Positions 19,774-29,336 of a stretch of 64,000 nucleotides of DNA are shown one piece after another (within the stretch, counting starts at the first letter, position 1; each line of letters begins with the position of its first letter). Made by a program: the position numbers and the translations under genes. The notes below the pieces were generated by a model. It searched no databases, was not told the DNA's origin, and saw only the letters and a list, made by a program, of their open reading frames with translations. Source of the stretch: Halobacteriota archaeon (GTDB lineage Archaea > Halobacteriota > Bog-38 > Methanoflorentales > Methanoflorentaceae); the NCBI GenBank assembly GCA_050013755.1, contig JBEKER010000001.1, positions 37,595-101,594 on the forward strand. Direction: 5' to 3'.

Positions 19774-19917
19774 GCCTGGCAGCCCACTGTTGAGCGGTAT
19801 CACTTCAACAGGCTTCGGTGCTGTCTTTCTTCGGGCGGTTTGTCGCTTGATTGTAGCCGGAGTATGCACTTCGCTGTTACAGAGAACGTGGCGGCTCGCA
19901 AGGCAGCGTAACGCCAA

Positions 19918-21372
19918 TCATTGTGATCGTCCAGACAAAACGTCTGCTATGCAGTCAATAACGTCGGTTGCCAAGAGGCCGTATCCAAAGCGGGAATATG
20001 CCAAGTCGCCGGCACGACCGTTAAGGTAAGCAGCTGCTGAAGCTGCTTGCATTTTGTCTAGGGACGTTGAGAGACCGCCGACAAGCCCTGCTAGGACGTC
20101 GCCAGTACCCCCGACCGTCATCGCGGCGTTACCGGTCTTGTTGAGCCTGTATTTCGTTCCATCTGAGATGATATCGATACGACCCTTGAGCAGCGTTATT
20201 ACGCCCCACTCTCGGGAAAAAGCTTTTACCGCCTCTATTCTTTCTTGAAGCGTGCTTGGGACTTCGGCACCCGTCAGAGCTGCAAACTCGCCAAGGTGTG
20301 GCGTGACAGCTATTCTGCCGCCCTCGTACTCTGAGTTTGCAAGGCCACGGAGCGCGTCTGCGTCGATCGTTAGATTGTTAGAAGCAGTTATCAGCGCGCT
20401 TGCAGCTCGGATCGTCTCTGGGTCAGCACCGAGACCAGGACCTAGCACCACGGAATCGTGTTTGGCAATTAGCTCGATTAGACTCTCAACGTCTCGTGTG
20501 GTGATTCGGTCGATGCCTATCTTTCGAACGATGAGGTTCGGATTGAATCCTGCTATGATCTCGGCGTTTGGTGAGGCAACAGTCACGATATCGACCCCGC
20601 TTCTCATCGCCGCCATAGCAGCAAACGTTGGCGCGCCCGGATAAGGGCCACCGCCAATAATCAGCACTCGCCCATTTTCGCCCTTGTGACTTTCGGCGCG
20701 CCGATGCAGCAACAAATCTCCCGGGCCAGTGCACAGTTCCGCTTCTAGCGGAATCCCAATATCGCAGACTGTGGTTCCCTTTGATCGTGTGCCAGCTTTG
20801 AGGCCGTGAAAGGCGACCAGATAATCTGAATCGACCGCAGTTTCTGTGCGATAGCCGCTTGGCACATCAACTGACAGTTTCTTGATTTTTGCTTGATTGA
20901 TTACGTGAATGACGGTTCGTTCTGGCTCGCGCACGGGCCCCGCTAGCCCTGTGCCAAGCATCGCGTCGACAAGAAGGTTATAGCCTTCCAACTTCGTGAG
21001 AGGGCTGTCCGGGCCAAAAATTGAAGCGCCTTGATAAAGCGTTACCGAATGATCCAAACGCTCCAAAATCTTCCAATTCTTTCGTGATTCTTCAGTCTTC
21101 AGGGCTTTCTCGTGGCCGACCAGTACCACGTGAACGGCAAAATCGCGCGCCAGATGTCGAGCCGCAACAAAGCCGTCGCCGCCGTTGTTCCCTAAACCGC
21201 AGATGATAGCTATTGTCTTGTGAGAGTCGCGTGAACCTTTGCAGAGGTGCCGTACGCGTTCCGCAACGGCCTTTCCTGCATTTTCCATGAGCTGCAGTTT
21301 GGAAATGCCGAGCCCGACGCAGTTTTCGTCGATGCGCCGCATCTCTTCAGCAGATAACGGCTCGAGAGGCAT
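19918..21372 (-). CDS. nnr: Bifunctional NAD(P)H-hydrate epimerase/dehydratase
   Basis: LMENAG, GNNGGDG, HKGENG, GPGLG, GGTGDVLAG. Confidence 0.93.
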   Translation of the reverse strand: MPLEPLSAEEMRRIDENCVGLGISKLQLMENAGKAVAERVRHLCKGSRDSHKTIAIICGLGNNGGDGFVAARHLARDFAVHVVLVGHEKALKTEESRKNWKILERLDHSVTLYQGASIFGPDSPLTKLEGYNLLVDAMLGTGLAGPVREPERTVIHVINQAKIKKLSVDVPSGYRTETAVDSDYLVAFHGLKAGTRSKGTTVCDIGIPLEAELCTGPGDLLLHRRAESHKGENGRVLIIGGGPYPGAPTFAAMAAMRSGVDIVTVASPNAEIIAGFNPNLIVRKIGIDRITTRDVESLIELIAKHDSVVLGPGLGADPETIRAASALITASNNLTIDADALRGLANSEYEGGRIAVTPHLGEFAALTGAEVPSTLQERIEAVKAFSREWGVITLLKGRIDIISDGTKYRLNKTGNAAMTVGGTGDVLAGLVGGLSTSLDKMQAASAAAYLNGRAGDLAYSRFGYGLLATDVIDCIADVLSGRSQ

Positions 21373-21407
21373 AAACCTAAAATGCATAGCGTAAAGATAT
21401 AACGCTT

Positions 21408-21866
21408 GTGCTGCGACGCGTCCGGATCATTGCGGATTACCAGTTCGGGTCGGGGGCCGGAGAGAGTCTCTTTCCAGAAACGGTCACTTTCACGCTGTCG
21501 CGAACGCGAAGGGTCAGTCAGGTTCTCGACGGCGGAATTCGGGTCGCTACGTTGCGTGCATCTGACGGACTTTTCACGTTAGGTGAGCTAGGAGCACGTC
21601 GACTCCACGCACGTTTTTCGTCTCCGAAGCTGCGAGTTATCGTGAACGCCGAATCTGCACCGTTCGTCGCGGCGGGAAAAACGGCCTTTGCAAAACACGT
21701 GATAAGCGCAGACCCGGACTTGAGGGCACAGGACGAGGTGCTCTTGGTCGATGAACGCGACGCGCTCATAGCGACAGGCCGGGCTCTCTTGAGCCCACTA
21801 GAGATGTGCGCGTTCAACAAGGGAGTGGCCGTGAAAACGAGGCAGGGTTTCCTTAAGACGGATTGA
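21408..21866 (+). CDS. Stand-alone PUA-domain protein (archaeosine TGT C-terminal-like)
   Basis: IADYQFG, LRASDG, FAKHV, GVAVKTR. Confidence 0.85.
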   Translation: MLRRVRIIADYQFGSGAGESLFPETVTFTLSRTRRVSQVLDGGIRVATLRASDGLFTLGELGARRLHARFSSPKLRVIVNAESAPFVAAGKTAFAKHVISADPDLRAQDEVLLVDERDALIATGRALLSPLEMCAFNKGVAVKTRQGFLKTD

Positions 21867-21949
21867 AGGCGCATACCGCGTTCAGGCCTTCCGAATTCAG
21901 CACCATAACGTAAAAATCCTTTGAATGTGTCATTAACGTGGGTGATTCT

Positions 21950-22285
21950 ATGATTCCAGGTATGCGGGGAATGAGCCCCAAGAAAATACAGCAGATGATG
22001 AAACAAATGGGGATCGACGTCGAGGAGTTGGAAAACGTCGAGCGGGTGATCATCCAGCTTTCGGACAAAGAACTCATTTTCGAAGACGTAACGGTGACCG
22101 TGATGACGGCGCAAGGAACCAAGAACTATCAGATATCAGGGGAACCTACAGAGCGTGCGAAAGTGACCGATGAAGACGTCAAGATAGTTACAGAACAGGC
22201 GGGAGTGAGCGAGGATGCTGCACGCGAAGCATTGGTGACTTCCGGAGGAGATCTCGCCGATGCTATTCTCAAATTGAAGGGGTAG
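21950..22285 (+). CDS. nac: Nascent polypeptide-associated complex protein
   Basis: MMKQMGI, YQISG, C-terminal UBA GDLADAI; GGTGA SD. Confidence 0.93.
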   Translation: MIPGMRGMSPKKIQQMMKQMGIDVEELENVERVIIQLSDKELIFEDVTVTVMTAQGTKNYQISGEPTERAKVTDEDVKIVTEQAGVSEDAAREALVTSGGDLADAILKLKG

Positions 22286-22297
22286 TAGCAGCAAGAT

Positions 22298-23023
22298 ATG
22301 ATAGAGAACGCACTTTTGGTCTCTGTCGCAAACGCTGAAAGGCAATTCTTAGTTAGATCCGAAGGAGAGCTTCACACGGACGCTGGCGTCATCAACCTTG
22401 AGATTCTGCAAGCTCTGGAATATGGCAGCGTAATTACCACGCACCTGGGCACGGAATTCAAGGTGCTGAGGCCCCGCGCTCCTGATTATTTTCGTCATTT
22501 GAAACGAACGGGCGCGCCCATGATGCCGAAGGACATCGGCATTATAATCGCTCATACGGGTTTGAACAAGAACGACATCGCTCTCGACGCAGGCGCAGGG
22601 TCGGGAATCACAGCGATCTTCTTGGGAAGCGTCGCCGAACACGTGACTTCGTACGAAATCAACGGTGGTTTTGCTAAACGCGCTGCACAGAATGTCAGAG
22701 ACGCAGGACTGACGAACATTGATATCGTTGAAGGCGACGTGCTGGAAATGACCTCAGACGTAGAGTTCGACGTCATCACGCTCGATTTGTACGACATCGT
22801 CAAAGCAATCGGAGTGGTAAAGGAGTATTTAGCGCCCGGTGGGTTCATCGCAACCTTCTCTCCGTTCTATGAGCAGGCTTTTGAGGCGCGCAAGGCGCTT
22901 GCGCGCTTTACTCAAATCAAGACGTTTGAGGTAATTGAGCGAGAAATGCAGTTCGGAAAGAGGGGTACGCGCCCTGCCACACGAGTCGGTCACACTGGAT
23001 TCGTTACGATAGCCCGAGCCTGA
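22298..23023 (+). CDS. trmI: tRNA m1A57/58 methyltransferase
   Basis: PKDIG, DAGAGSG, TRP..HTGF. Confidence 0.9.
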   Translation: MIENALLVSVANAERQFLVRSEGELHTDAGVINLEILQALEYGSVITTHLGTEFKVLRPRAPDYFRHLKRTGAPMMPKDIGIIIAHTGLNKNDIALDAGAGSGITAIFLGSVAEHVTSYEINGGFAKRAAQNVRDAGLTNIDIVEGDVLEMTSDVEFDVITLDLYDIVKAIGVVKEYLAPGGFIATFSPFYEQAFEARKALARFTQIKTFEVIEREMQFGKRGTRPATRVGHTGFVTIARA

Positions 23024-23114
23024 CCGCTGCGAGCCGCCTCTATAGCCTGTTTTGCTTGCGAAATGAGCGCCAACTTATAAATAATAATATGAACGATTTT
23101 TTTTGGGGGGATGT

Positions 23115-23291
23115 ATGGGCTTAGGAACCAGCACAACTGAACCCGACATAGATTGTCTGGCGTTTATGGGATACGAGCAATACGGGGTAACCAAATACGT
23201 GCGCTGCGGTGCTTTCGGGATACTCCCGCTTGATTCGTGCAAGCGCTGCGTGGACTACAGAAAAGCACGAGCCCCTGATTACTACCGCTAG
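23115..23291 (+). CDS. Small Cys-rich protein (58 aa)
   Basis: C-x16-C-x10-CxxC pattern; TTATAAAT at about 23075. Confidence 0.5.
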   Translation: MGLGTSTTEPDIDCLAFMGYEQYGVTKYVRCGAFGILPLDSCKRCVDYRKARAPDYYR

Positions 23292-24487
23292 CTCCCCGTC
23301 CGCGAAAGTGCCTTCGCGTACGCCTTCTCAGTCCTCCGAGCGATGTTATCCCACGTAAGGGCCTCTCTAACGGCTGCGTAAGCCTCTGTTGCGAGATCGT
23401 CTCGCAGGGTCTGATCAGCTAGGAGCCGATTCACACCTTGCGACAGCGCAAATACATCCCGTGGGCGCACGAGCACGCCGCAGCTGTCGTTCAGTATCTC
23501 AGGAATTCCCCCTACGTTCGTTGCGACCACCGGCCGCTTACAGGCCATTGACTCAATTAAAAAGAGACTAGACGCTTCCATCAAGCTTGGGATCACGACG
23601 ATATCGGATGCCGAAATGTACTGGGGCAACTCTGTGTGCCGCACTGCCCCCAGGAACGACACGACGTCTTGAAGGCCGTGCTGCTCAACAAGCCTTTCGA
23701 GGTGACGCCTCTCTGGCCCATCTCCGGCGATCACAAGCTGGGCATCGTGTTGCGCGATGATGTCCGGCATGGCCAAGATGAGGTAGTCCACGCCGTTCTT
23801 TTCGACAAGTCTTCGCGCGGTGAATAGAACCGTTTGGTCAGCGAGAGATTCCGTGGGAACAACGTCGGGGTTAAACGCGCGCGGGTTGAAGCCGTTGTGT
23901 ATTGTCACCACTTTGTCGGCGGGTGCGCCCCATCCGATGACTCTGCGGGCGAAGTACGCACCCGTGTGAATCTGCATCTTGGACAGTCGCGCAAGCGCTG
24001 GGGCGAGCGCGCGTTCGGTAAATCTGTAGAGCGACGCGACTACAGGTGGCTCTATGTAGCGCCAGATGTCGTAGTAGGACCCGTGAAGTGTGTTGACCGC
24101 GACTCCTCCATATCTTCGAGCCAAGACGTTTGCTGCCACGCCTGACGTGTAGAAATGGCCGTGGTAGATATCAAACCCGGAGAGATCTGCAGCAAACGTA
24201 GCAAACGGAAATGCGACCTGTCGGGCAAATCTTAGGTTCGAAGGATCCCACGTGCGTTTCATAGAGCCGGCAAGGTCAACGTTTTTGACGGATACGTCTT
24301 CAATGCGAAACTCAGTGGCTCTGCTGCTTGCCCCGCTTACTATCGTAACTTCGTGTCCGAGTTTTGCTAGCGATTTCGACAGTTCAAGCAGTGCAACTTC
24401 AATCCCCCCGAGCAATACCCCTTCTGGCTGCGGACCGAGCTCATAGATGTGTGCAATCTTCAGCGAGTTCAAACGCGCACCTTCCAT
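23288..24487 (-). CDS. GT4 family glycosyltransferase
   Basis: GGIE, HNG, RLVEKNG, PSLMEASSLFLIESMAC, VGGIPE. Confidence 0.92.
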   Translation of the reverse strand: MEGARLNSLKIAHIYELGPQPEGVLLGGIEVALLELSKSLAKLGHEVTIVSGASSRATEFRIEDVSVKNVDLAGSMKRTWDPSNLRFARQVAFPFATFAADLSGFDIYHGHFYTSGVAANVLARRYGGVAVNTLHGSYYDIWRYIEPPVVASLYRFTERALAPALARLSKMQIHTGAYFARRVIGWGAPADKVVTIHNGFNPRAFNPDVVPTESLADQTVLFTARRLVEKNGVDYLILAMPDIIAQHDAQLVIAGDGPERRHLERLVEQHGLQDVVSFLGAVRHTELPQYISASDIVVIPSLMEASSLFLIESMACKRPVVATNVGGIPEILNDSCGVLVRPRDVFALSQGVNRLLADQTLRDDLATEAYAAVREALTWDNIARRTEKAYAKALSRTGS

Positions 24488-25311
24488 TGTCGGGCAATTT
24501 GAGCCAGCGTTGAGAACTTAAAGCGCGCATCTTCGTGCAAATCTTGCAAGACGGAGGAGAAAAGCCCCATATAACAGCCTACTTCGGACGACGGGTGCGC
24601 GTATAAGACGAATGGGAGCCTCTTGCGGTGCCAACGATCTGCGTTCGCGCGCACTCTCACTTTGATCTCGTCTTCTGGGACGCCCCTCGCGTACAGTTCG
24701 CCGATCGAATCCATCGAAACCGGCACTTGTAGCACGTGCCGTGTCTCTGCGCCAGTCTTTGGGTAAAACGGAGACGTCGGCTCGGAGCATTTGAAATCAC
24801 TTGAATAATTGAAGCCAAACGAATCAATGGCGCGGAGCAAAGCGCTGGTGACGGTAAATCCAGGCGACGCAAAGCCCGCTATGTTGGTTGCACTTGCTGC
24901 CGCGAGCGCCGCGAGCCCTCTGCTGATGAGCGCTTTGATAGCCGTCTCGTCCATGTTCGGTAATTCATTCATCCATGCGTAGTGATCATACCCGTGCAAT
25001 CCTAGTTCGTGTCCTTCGTCGGTAATCCCCAACAGGGCTGCTGGACACGCCTCTTCGACGCGCACGTTCCGCAAGATCCCGTTTAAACTTTGCAATCGGT
25101 ATCGCAGCGGTTTCGATTTGATGAAAGTCAAGTAACTTCGCGGGTTTGCGGCGTGCTTGAAGAGATTAAGCGCTAGTCGGTCAGGACCAGTGGTTACGAA
25201 GAACGTCCCCTTAATGTCAAGAAGCCGAAATAGGTCCAACAGTTCAGGCGCTAGGGCAATATCTCGTGTGCTATCAATGTCAATTCTTATCGCAACGGGG
25301 GTCTCAAACAT
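24469..25311 (-). CDS. Polysaccharide deacetylase (CE4/ArnD-like)
   Basis: IRIDID, GTFFV..GPD, HELGLHGYDH, ASPGF, YSSD. Confidence 0.88.
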   Translation of the reverse strand: MFETPVAIRIDIDSTRDIALAPELLDLFRLLDIKGTFFVTTGPDRLALNLFKHAANPRSYLTFIKSKPLRYRLQSLNGILRNVRVEEACPAALLGITDEGHELGLHGYDHYAWMNELPNMDETAIKALISRGLAALAAASATNIAGFASPGFTVTSALLRAIDSFGFNYSSDFKCSEPTSPFYPKTGAETRHVLQVPVSMDSIGELYARGVPEDEIKVRVRANADRWHRKRLPFVLYAHPSSEVGCYMGLFSSVLQDLHEDARFKFSTLAQIARQWKVRV

Positions 25312-25448
25312 GGCCGCTTGTACAAAAAAGTATATCTATACACGTTTTCAAAAATCGTAAGTAGTATTAAGCTTGTCGTTAGCCGCAAGCCGTTCCGTTG
25401 AAGTCGCACATTTTTACAACGATTTGGTAGGTAGAGGCACAAAAACCC

Positions 25449-26384
25449 ATGGATCGTTCGCTACTCAGACAAAATCAAAGCGTCAGGCTGAAGGTGGGCC
25501 TACTCTGCGCGTGCCTCGCACTTACTTTCTTTATCTTCGGGAGCGCTTTTGCCAACGTCGCTCCCATTCTTAACTACGCTACGCTAAAGCAAAACGGGTT
25601 TTATTTGTGGGCAGTTCTAGCTCTGTGCATCGCGTGGGTTTATGTCAAGCGAACAGAGATTCTCGACGCCGCCCACATAGGGACCGATAGTCAATGGGTG
25701 CTCGTCGGCATAACGCTTGTTGGCGCCTCTCTTGGAGTCCTATACTACGCTGCTGCTTTTGCCGAATCGCTTCCGTTAACTCTATTTGCCATTGCTTTTG
25801 TCGTCGTCGCTCAATTTGCGCTTTTTTTTGGAAAGGCGTCAAAAATACCACTCATGCTGCTGGGAGTGTTCGGTATTGCCGTCGCTTTTCCGGCGCTACT
25901 CGAAAGCGCACTAGCCGCACCTTTCCCGAGGGCAACGGCAGTTCTCTGCGTGTCAACATTGCAACTGGCCAGGGTGCCTATCACTCTAAATGGGGTCACC
26001 GTGACGCTAAACAGCCTGATGGGTTACAACATTATTGTGAACGTCGATACGAGGTGCGCTGGAAGCGACTCGTTGGCGATATTTCTAGCGATTTTTGCCC
26101 TCATGCTCATCGATCGAAAGCCAGGCAACAAGGCCGTGCTCGGACTGTTTATTTTTGGTGTTGTTGGCGCGTATCTGCAGAACTTTGTAAGGCTGCTAGC
26201 GTTGTTCACAGCTGGATATTACTATGGCGCTAACGCCCTGTGGGCAGTTCATGACTACGCAAGCTACATACTTTTTCCAGTGTGGTTTCTGGCCTTTGCG
26301 GTCATTTACATGAGGTATGCTCGGAAGCCAGGTAATCCGGCGATCGGCCGTATGACAAGCACTGAGAGCACGCCGGAGCTCTAG
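25449..26384 (+). CDS. Exosortase/archaeosortase family transpeptidase
   Basis: Multi-TM with catalytic Cys (RCAG), Arg (QNFVR) and His (VHD). Confidence 0.85.
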   Translation: MDRSLLRQNQSVRLKVGLLCACLALTFFIFGSAFANVAPILNYATLKQNGFYLWAVLALCIAWVYVKRTEILDAAHIGTDSQWVLVGITLVGASLGVLYYAAAFAESLPLTLFAIAFVVVAQFALFFGKASKIPLMLLGVFGIAVAFPALLESALAAPFPRATAVLCVSTLQLARVPITLNGVTVTLNSLMGYNIIVNVDTRCAGSDSLAIFLAIFALMLIDRKPGNKAVLGLFIFGVVGAYLQNFVRLLALFTAGYYYGANALWAVHDYASYILFPVWFLAFAVIYMRYARKPGNPAIGRMTSTESTPEL

Positions 26385-26632
26385 TGTGCTTGACTCGACC
26401 CCTGGATGGAGTGTTGTGTGTCCGCGCCTCTTACCTGTTCTCTTTTTCGTCAAGCCGCTAAAATTAGAGTTATTTGACGCTTTTCTCCCCGCAGTGCGGT
26501 TCGAATGTGAAGTACAAATAACAAAGACTAAGTAGCATTGTAAAAAAAATAACTAGCCTGCCAACAAGCCGTAATTCGTCTTTAGCTGCATATCGACGCA
26601 GCTTCTTTTTAGACCTGTGAGACTTCCCAAAG

Positions 26633-28369
26633 ATGTCGGCACCCCACCATAAAACGCGCCTCCGCATACACGGCTGGACGCAGCGTCTCAAGAAGTTCGC
26701 ATTTCTTTTGCTTTTAGGTGCGGTTTTGATCTCTCTTACAGCAGCGACGGCAAACCTTGCGGGAGTAGCGAACGCGACGCAGGCGCAGCCATTCGTAGGC
26801 GCGACGACGCATCCGATACAGTATTGGATTGGCTGCGCGCCGTCGATGGTAACGAGCGCTAATTTGAACTATTTTAAACAACAAGGATTCACCGCTGTCG
26901 TTGTGGTTGTTCCCAACAGTCAAACGTATCAAACGCAGCTCAACACGATCAAATCGCTCAACATGTTGCCGATTATTGACGTCGAGATGCCCATTTGGAA
27001 CGGCGGACAGCTTCAGAGCACTCCTATAAGCAATTTTGCCGGCTATTTCCAATCACTCAAAACCGCCGGCTGGCGATACGTCGCTTCGGAAGGCGGCAGG
27101 ACCGGCGATCTCGCTTACATGAAGAATTACTTCCAAGGCTATGTGAACTTCAACTGTGATCAGTGTGGCCTGTGGAAAGACGTGTATAAGGACCCATTTA
27201 CGGTCGCGAACAGCTGGGAGAGCTACTACACATCTGAGTGGCCGTACATCCAAACTGGATCAAAGCAGGCCGCTGCGCTTGGCATCCAGAACGGCATCCT
27301 CGCTGGTACGTGGGCTAATAGCGGCGGCGACAACCAGATATACGCCAACTCCGTTAGCGGCAGCACGCCCAGTTACAAGTCAATGCTAGATTGGTCGTAC
27401 GCTAATGGAATCGGCTTCACCAGCTTCCACGTTTGGTGCGGTGACAATCCCAATGGGCTAAGCCAGTACAAAACATTAGGATTTGACAAGATAGTCGCAA
27501 ACCTGCAGAAGTATTATCCCGCGACTAAGTCAGCTTCACTCGCCAAGGGGCCACGTTGGTCGACGATCGGCGGGCAACTTGCTTCAGGCACCGGCCCTGC
27601 GGTCTCTTCATGGTCAGGAGGCCGACTCGACGTCTTTGTAGAAGGTACGGACGGCGCCCTGTATCAAAAATCGTGGACCGGCACTTCGTGGTCAAGCTGG
27701 CATTCCCTCGGCGGGAAGCTGACGGCGTCACCCGCTGCAACCGTCACGACGCCAAACACCGCTAACCACGTCTACGTCTTTGTGCGCGGCACCGACGGTG
27801 CTGTCTGGACAAAGCACTGGAATGGGGGTGCATGGTCCACCTGGGCCTCTATCGGCGGTCAGCTTGCTTCCGGTACAGGACCCGCGGTGTGCTCACAAGG
27901 CAGCAGCCTTGACGTCTTTGTACAGGGCACCGACCACGTCCTCTACTATACACACTGGGATGGCACGACCTGGTCAGGATGGCATTCCCTCGGCGCGGGG
28001 CTGACCTCGTCACCCGGTGTGACCTCGCAGGCGAACGGTAAGATCGACGTCTTTGTCCGCGGCACCGACAACGCCATATGGTGCCGGGAGTACTCGGGAA
28101 CCTCCTGGTCCAACTGGAAAGGCCTCAGCGGGCTGGTTGCCTCCGGCACAGGACCCGCGGCCTGCTCATGGGGCACGGGTCGTCTCGACGTCTTCGTACA
28201 CGGTACAGACGGCGTCTTGTACCAAAAGACGTGGACCGGCTCGTCGTGGTCCATCTGGCAATCCCTCGGCGGGAAACTGACCTCGTCACCTGCTGCGACC
28301 GCACCGGCCAGCGGCGTGATCGACGTTTTTGTCCGCGGCACCGACAACGCCATCTGGGAGACTCATTAA
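26633..28369 (+). CDS. Secreted protein: putative glycoside-hydrolase-like N-domain plus six-blade Trp-rich lectin-like beta-propeller
   Basis: Signal peptide; six repeats of xDVFVxGTD..W/Y..W.G..WS.W.SLGG. Confidence 0.8.
   Translation: MSAPHHKTRLRIHGWTQRLKKFAFLLLLGAVLISLTAATANLAGVANATQAQPFVGATTHPIQYWIGCAPSMVTSANLNYFKQQGFTAVVVVVPNSQTYQTQLNTIKSLNMLPIIDVEMPIWNGGQLQSTPISNFAGYFQSLKTAGWRYVASEGGRTGDLAYMKNYFQGYVNFNCDQCGLWKDVYKDPFTVANSWESYYTSEWPYIQTGSKQAAALGIQNGILAGTWANSGGDNQIYANSVSGSTPSYKSMLDWSYANGIGFTSFHVWCGDNPNGLSQYKTLGFDKIVANLQKYYPATKSASLAKGPRWSTIGGQLASGTGPAVSSWSGGRLDVFVEGTDGALYQKSWTGTSWSSWHSLGGKLTASPAATVTTPNTANHVYVFVRGTDGAVWTKHWNGGAWSTWASIGGQLASGTGPAVCSQGSSLDVFVQGTDHVLYYTHWDGTTWSGWHSLGAGLTSSPGVTSQANGKIDVFVRGTDNAIWCREYSGTSWSNWKGLSGLVASGTGPAACSWGTGRLDVFVHGTDGVLYQKTWTGSSWSIWQSLGGKLTSSPAATAPASGVIDVFVRGTDNAIWETH
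27556..28366 (+). repeat. Intragenic tandem repeat: three copies of a two-blade (A-B) unit
   Basis: Alternating GGQLASGTGPA and GGKLTSSPA blades; recurring DNA gacgtctttgt..gcggcaccgac. Confidence 0.85.
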
Positions 28370-28533
28370 GGCCCGTTCACACAGACGTTTGCACCAGTTG
28401 GCACACCCGCTTACGCTGCCTCCATCGTCTACGTGCACTAATAGGACGCTGCATAAATCTGTTAAGAGAGGGTTAACGAGGAATATCGCCATTCTTATAT
28501 ACGGGCCGCGTGAAACTAGGTTCTTTGAGGAAT

Positions 28534-29130
28534 ATGAGGAAAAGTCGTTTCTCGTTGTTAGTGGTCGCGACGGTGATCGCTACTATCTTGATAGCTGGCT
28601 GTACTTCGCCAACTCAGACCAGCCCACAAGTCGCGAGCACAAATGCTTCGTCAACGACTGCGTCAACTACGACGAATAGTTCATCAGCGGTCAAAACGGC
28701 GGCTCCAAGCGCCACCCCGTCGCCAAGCGCTAGCGCGTCACCAACTCAGGTGGCATCACCAACTCCGACGACATCACCAACTCCGACGGAATCGCCATCG
28801 GGGAAGATTGCTACGTCGATTGCAGCAACTGGCTTAATTAGCCCCCCACTTCCAACTCCCACGAGTGGGCAGCCTATAAACTGGGGGATTCAGGTAACTT
28901 CGCAAGCTACCGGGCTCAGGATTTGTCCGGGCAGCGGCGTTAGCGTTTTGATAAACGGTAAAGCGGCGGGACAAGTGAGCTACGTGGGCGGGAGTCAATG
29001 TGGCAAGACTGCGTACTTTACGCTCAGTAGTGGCTTGCAGAAAGGCACTTACACAGTTACGCTCAGATATTCTGGAGACAGCACATACCAGCCCATAGCA
29101 AGCACCTTTCAAATCACGGTCAACCCCTAA
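28534..29130 (+). CDS. Lipoprotein with Ser/Thr/Pro linker and Ig-like domain
   Basis: Lipobox LIAGC, S/T/P-rich stretch, GTYTVTLRYSGDSTYQP. Confidence 0.82.
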   Translation: MRKSRFSLLVVATVIATILIAGCTSPTQTSPQVASTNASSTTASTTTNSSSAVKTAAPSATPSPSASASPTQVASPTPTTSPTPTESPSGKIATSIAATGLISPPLPTPTSGQPINWGIQVTSQATGLRICPGSGVSVLINGKAAGQVSYVGGSQCGKTAYFTLSSGLQKGTYTVTLRYSGDSTYQPIASTFQITVNP

Positions 29131-29336
29131 AGGTTTTTTAACCTACGAGCGTTTCGTTGCTTGAGTGTCCCCATCAATCGTTTCACAGTAGCAATACGAC
29201 GCCAATAGTTTTTCAGCACAGACGTGCGATTTAGATACTATTATATATTAGGTCAGCTGCAAAAACAAGACTTTGCTGAGCGCCGCGCGCTCTCCAACTC
29301 GCCGAAATCGCTGAATTTGGGTTCTTGCCCGTAATT

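Noticed and set aside
26470..26691. 73-aa minus-strand ORF and the tRNA-like GGTTCGAAT at about 26498
   Set aside because: Overlaps the lectin gene start and upstream region; no cloverleaf around the motif
28620..28800. Short repeats such as catcaccaactccgacg
   Set aside because: Encode the Ser/Thr/Pro linker of the lipoprotein; not CRISPR or mobile-element repeats
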